A stretch of 64,000 nucleotides of DNA from positions 6,176,001 through 6,240,000 of the forward strand of contig OY759599.1 in assembly GCA_963662465.1 (NCBI GenBank), in the 5' to 3' direction. Position 1 is the stretch's first letter. Each line of letters opens with the position of its first letter. Positions 61,018 through 64,000 of this stretch are shown one piece after another. The translations under genes were made by a program, and so were the position numbers. The stretch comes from Desulfatiglandales bacterium. Lineage in GTDB: Bacteria > Desulfobacterota > DSM-4660 > Desulfatiglandales > Desulfatiglandaceae. The notes beneath the pieces are model-generated. The model was given only the letters and a program-made list of their open reading frames with translations, had not been told where the DNA came from and ran no database searches.

Positions 61018-62979
61018 TCAAAACCCATATTTTGTTGAATGACCTTTGGGAATATTTCGCTGTCCCTCTGAAGTCCCCCTCTGCTGTCCGGATGAAAAGG
61101 TATCACCCCCGCCAATACTCTCAAACGTGTCCCGGTTGACCGGTTTTGATCCGACCTCCTTTTGCCAACCGCCGTCGGCCGGTGCCGGCTGGGACGTCAT
61201 CGCAGGTGGGGCAGGCGCGGGCGAGGGTTTCAGCAGGGCGTTGTTGCCAGCCCAGATCTTGTAGTCCGCCTTGGCGATCTTATACATTGTCTGGATGCTT
61301 TGGGTCAGACCGGCCTTGGTGTCGGCGGAAAGGTCGGGCACCTCGCCGATCGCCTTGGTCAGTTTGCTGAGGATCATCTTTTCGGCGGCAACCTCTCCGA
61401 TCTTTTTCATGATGGTCAGGAAGGACTTGTCGTAATTGCCCTTGGAATAGGCGCAGAGCGACGAGAATGCGGTGAAGCCCCAGCTTATGCCGCTGCCGTA
61501 GACGGGTATCAGTTTCAGGGTCTCGCGCAGGACGACTTGTTGGGTCGTGTCCGCCTCGAACATGCAGGCATAGAGCTGCTGCCACGAGGGATCGGACTCG
61601 AAGGTGGCGGTGTAGAACAGGTCTTGGGTCAGGTCGCCGAAATCCCAGGCCTTTCTGCTGCCAACGTGAGGTCGAAGCGCGGTCATGAACGAGTATTCGC
61701 CGGTGACCGCCAGTGCCACGCCGGGATACCGGTGCTTGCCGAATTTGTGCTGCGGCCCGCCGCCGCCCTGTCCGACCTTCTCGGGCATTATGCCGTCGAC
61801 GACCAGCACCGCCTCCTTGTCGTTCAGGCGTTTGAAGGCCAAGGGGCCGCGATAGACCTGCAGCTTGACCGGGTCGCCGAACACCTCGTTGGGGTCAATC
61901 AGCACCTCGGGCCGCATATTGACCTTGATGTCGGGCTGCAAGTTCGCCAGCTCGTGGCCTTGACGGCAGGTGTCGTAGCCCTCGAACCAGGCGCCGACAT
62001 CCAGGCCGGGCCGAAGGTTCGAGGCTACCGACAGAACCAGGGCATGCGTCGTCAGCCGCGAAGGCTCAGTGTCGACCAGCATCAGCTTGGCGTGGGTATA
62101 GGCGAGGCCCAGGCCGACACGATAGGGCAGCGTCTTGGAATCCAGGACTTTGCCCTCGTCGTCCAGGACCTCGACAGTGATGGTCTTGTCGACCTTGCGG
62201 GTGGGCTGCTTGTCATCGGCGCCGTTGTCATAGGCCATGATTTCGATCCACGGCACGTCGAGGGCCATCTCATGCGCCTCATCCTCGTCGCTTTGCTTCC
62301 AGCGCAACCGCTTCCAGCCGTCGCCCTCAACTTTGATGTCGAAGCGCGCCGGGAAGCCCGGCCAGTTAGGGATCAGTGCGCCCTGACCTGAGGGGTCGGC
62401 TGGGCAGGCGGTCACCTTCAAAGTTGCGTTTTTTGTGACCGAAGAATCCTTTATTAAGTCTTTCTTCTCCTCTCCCTGTAAGGAGCCGCTGACCACCAAC
62501 CCTCTGCCCCCGGCATTATATTCTCCGGTCATGTCCACGCGGAAACCACCCGATCCGGCGCCCTTAGGCACTTGAAGCGTCAGATTGAAGGACCGAGACT
62601 CGCCCTTTTTGAATTTCGCATTAAACTTTCGTTTTTCCTTTCCGGCCCAGAGATCCACCCTGACCGATGCCCCATAGCCCCAGTCCTGCTTGACGCTGCC
62701 CGACAGGGTCATGGTTCCAGCACCCAGAACACCCTCGTAATGCCTGGCCGTTGTAAAGCCCGGCTTATCCACAGGTTTCCCGCAGGCTCCCCCATTGAAA
62801 CTGTAGGTGATCTGCATACCATTAAATGGAGACCCCGGATAGGTACCGCTAACTGTTCCTCCTGAAGCTTGCTTGGGCTTGGCCGGGCAGAGGGGCAAGT
62901 GATTGACCTCGATGTCCTTAGCCACACAAACGCCTGTTAAAAGCAGGAATATCGCTGTCCCCAACAGAATCAGTTTCAT
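61018..62979 (-). CDS. secreted hypothetical protein (mosaic GC content)
   Basis: Signal peptide MKLILLGTAIFLLLTGVCVA; ggaggg RBS; Pro/Ala linker and PKGHSTKYGF tail. Confidence 0.75.
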   Translation of the reverse strand: MKLILLGTAIFLLLTGVCVAKDIEVNHLPLCPAKPKQASGGTVSGTYPGSPFNGMQITYSFNGGACGKPVDKPGFTTARHYEGVLGAGTMTLSGSVKQDWGYGASVRVDLWAGKEKRKFNAKFKKGESRSFNLTLQVPKGAGSGGFRVDMTGEYNAGGRGLVVSGSLQGEEKKDLIKDSSVTKNATLKVTACPADPSGQGALIPNWPGFPARFDIKVEGDGWKRLRWKQSDEDEAHEMALDVPWIEIMAYDNGADDKQPTRKVDKTITVEVLDDEGKVLDSKTLPYRVGLGLAYTHAKLMLVDTEPSRLTTHALVLSVASNLRPGLDVGAWFEGYDTCRQGHELANLQPDIKVNMRPEVLIDPNEVFGDPVKLQVYRGPLAFKRLNDKEAVLVVDGIMPEKVGQGGGGPQHKFGKHRYPGVALAVTGEYSFMTALRPHVGSRKAWDFGDLTQDLFYTATFESDPSWQQLYACMFEADTTQQVVLRETLKLIPVYGSGISWGFTAFSSLCAYSKGNYDKSFLTIMKKIGEVAAEKMILSKLTKAIGEVPDLSADTKAGLTQSIQTMYKIAKADYKIWAGNNALLKPSPAPAPPAMTSQPAPADGGWQKEVGSKPVNRDTFESIGGGDTFSSGQQRGTSEGQRNIPKGHSTKYGF

Positions 62980-63761
62980 AATAGCACCCTCCCAAATTGG
63001 TTTTTTAAAACGGCTTTCGGCTAAATGGTTGAATTAATCTTGTTTTGCGGTATGCCTCTGTTTTTCAATATTTCCCGCTTCATTATCAGCTTATTAAATA
63101 ACGTAATAACGTTCAGAACCCCAATCCAGCATGATATCATGTATATTGCAGTTCCTCTACTCCGTGACGCACAAGGGGAATTTCGCTATGTCCCCCACTC
63201 ATAAAAAAGGCCTTACCAAAGTGCGGAGGAGATTGGCTGGTCGTGAATTGACGGTCCGTATCTGGCCTTCAAATATGTTGGGTTTCCAATAGAAAACACA
63301 AAGTATTGGCACCATCAAAAACCTTCAATATGCCTTACTTCTTTGATGAGAATATCGCCTCGAATTTGAAAAAATTCCAGCCTCACCTTAACTCAATCTC
63401 TATACCAAAACACAAAATATCGTAAAGCTCAAATAAACTGTGATATCATCAAGTCAGAGGGTTTGAGCGACCGTTGTTATCGATGCCATCTTTAAGGGCC
63501 GGTCGCTCTGGGTATATATTGAGAATATTGCCGCGGATTCAATTCTTCAAATCAGTTGGAATTATTGCTGGTTTCCCGGAGAGGAGGCGTCAAACGTTAC
63601 TGGGTCTACGTCCTCATACAATTGGCGAATACGCGGTATTAATCTTCGCGAGGCGTGAGGCTTCCCGGTCTATGACCGAGGGCCATCACTTGCCTCTTTC
63701 GCAAGCCTGCTCAATCAATGGGGATGGGTGCAGGAAATACGCGCTTTTGCTTTATTATGTC

Positions 63762-64000
63762 TTACATAATTTCTGGAGTATCAGCCTCATCACCCACCAC
63801 CCAACCCAACGTACACCACCCAACATCCCATATGTCCTTCACCCAACTCCCGCCGACAACCCCGTCCAACTCCGCTTCAGAAAGTTCTTCTTTCAGAGTT
63901 GCAATGTCATCTTTCGTAAAATCAAATCATGCCTCTTTGACGTATTCCATACGTTTTTCCGATGTAGCAATTTTCCCCACGCTCTTCCTGAAATCCTCGT
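63762..64000 (-). pseudogene. Nif11-like leader peptide RiPP precursor, interrupted by TGA at 63927-63929 (5' end beyond the window)
   Basis: EDFRKSVGKIATSEKRMEYVKEA*FDFTKDDIATLKEELSEAELDGVVGG|SWVKDIWDVGWCTLGWVVGDEADTPEIM*; missed by the ORF track. Confidence 0.78.

Noticed and set aside
61162..62391. 409-aa plus-strand ORF (similarly 21885-22934, 17227-18102, 44088-45017, 45949-46920)
   Set aside because: Antisense shadows of well-supported genes on the other strand, with no recognisable motifs
63927..63929. In-frame TGA in the Nif11 leader as Sec or a recoded Gly
   Set aside because: The position corresponds to Gly (GGA to TGA), there is no SECIS-like hairpin, and TGA is used as a normal stop in many other genes here

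Overview
Bacterial chromosomal window, most likely from an anaerobic Desulfobacterota (deltaproteobacterial sulfate-reducer-like) genome. This is inferred from the orp-type Fe-S gene cluster, the sigma54 activators, the octaheme cytochrome and the selenoproteins. Left end (1-10.3 kb): housekeeping and redox genes (rsmE 3' end, rhodanese, DUF364, CoA-disulfide-reductase-like flavoprotein, Smr, waaA, glpK, ugd, uxs). From 10.6 to 43.8 kb almost every gene is on the minus strand: a ThiW-type ECF transporter and a sulfur/redox gene set interrupted by two defence-like inserts. One insert is type I R-M + YhcG + truncated Y1/HUH protein + Schlafen-ATPase; the other is an AAA/ABC-ATPase + DUF4276-like pair. 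The strongest signal is three genes that the ORF track splits at an in-frame TGA. Each TGA falls at a Cys-type position and is followed by a hairpin with the same AGG(U/C) loop, so these are probable selenoproteins: a DsrE protein (UxxC), a small thioredoxin-fold protein (UxxC) and an octaheme tetrathionate-reductase-family cytochrome c (INNFU). 44-52 kb holds two PAS sigma54 activators and an orange-protein (orp)-like operon with recognisable -24/-12 promoters. 52-64 kb is an accessory region of secreted and membrane proteins, two of which share a C-terminal PKGH[ST]TKYGF tail, and ends in an interrupted Nif11-type RiPP precursor with a Trp-rich core. Several MITE/REP elements are visible, one with a perfect 8-bp target-site duplication. 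All assignments come from reading the sequence; no database searches were run.
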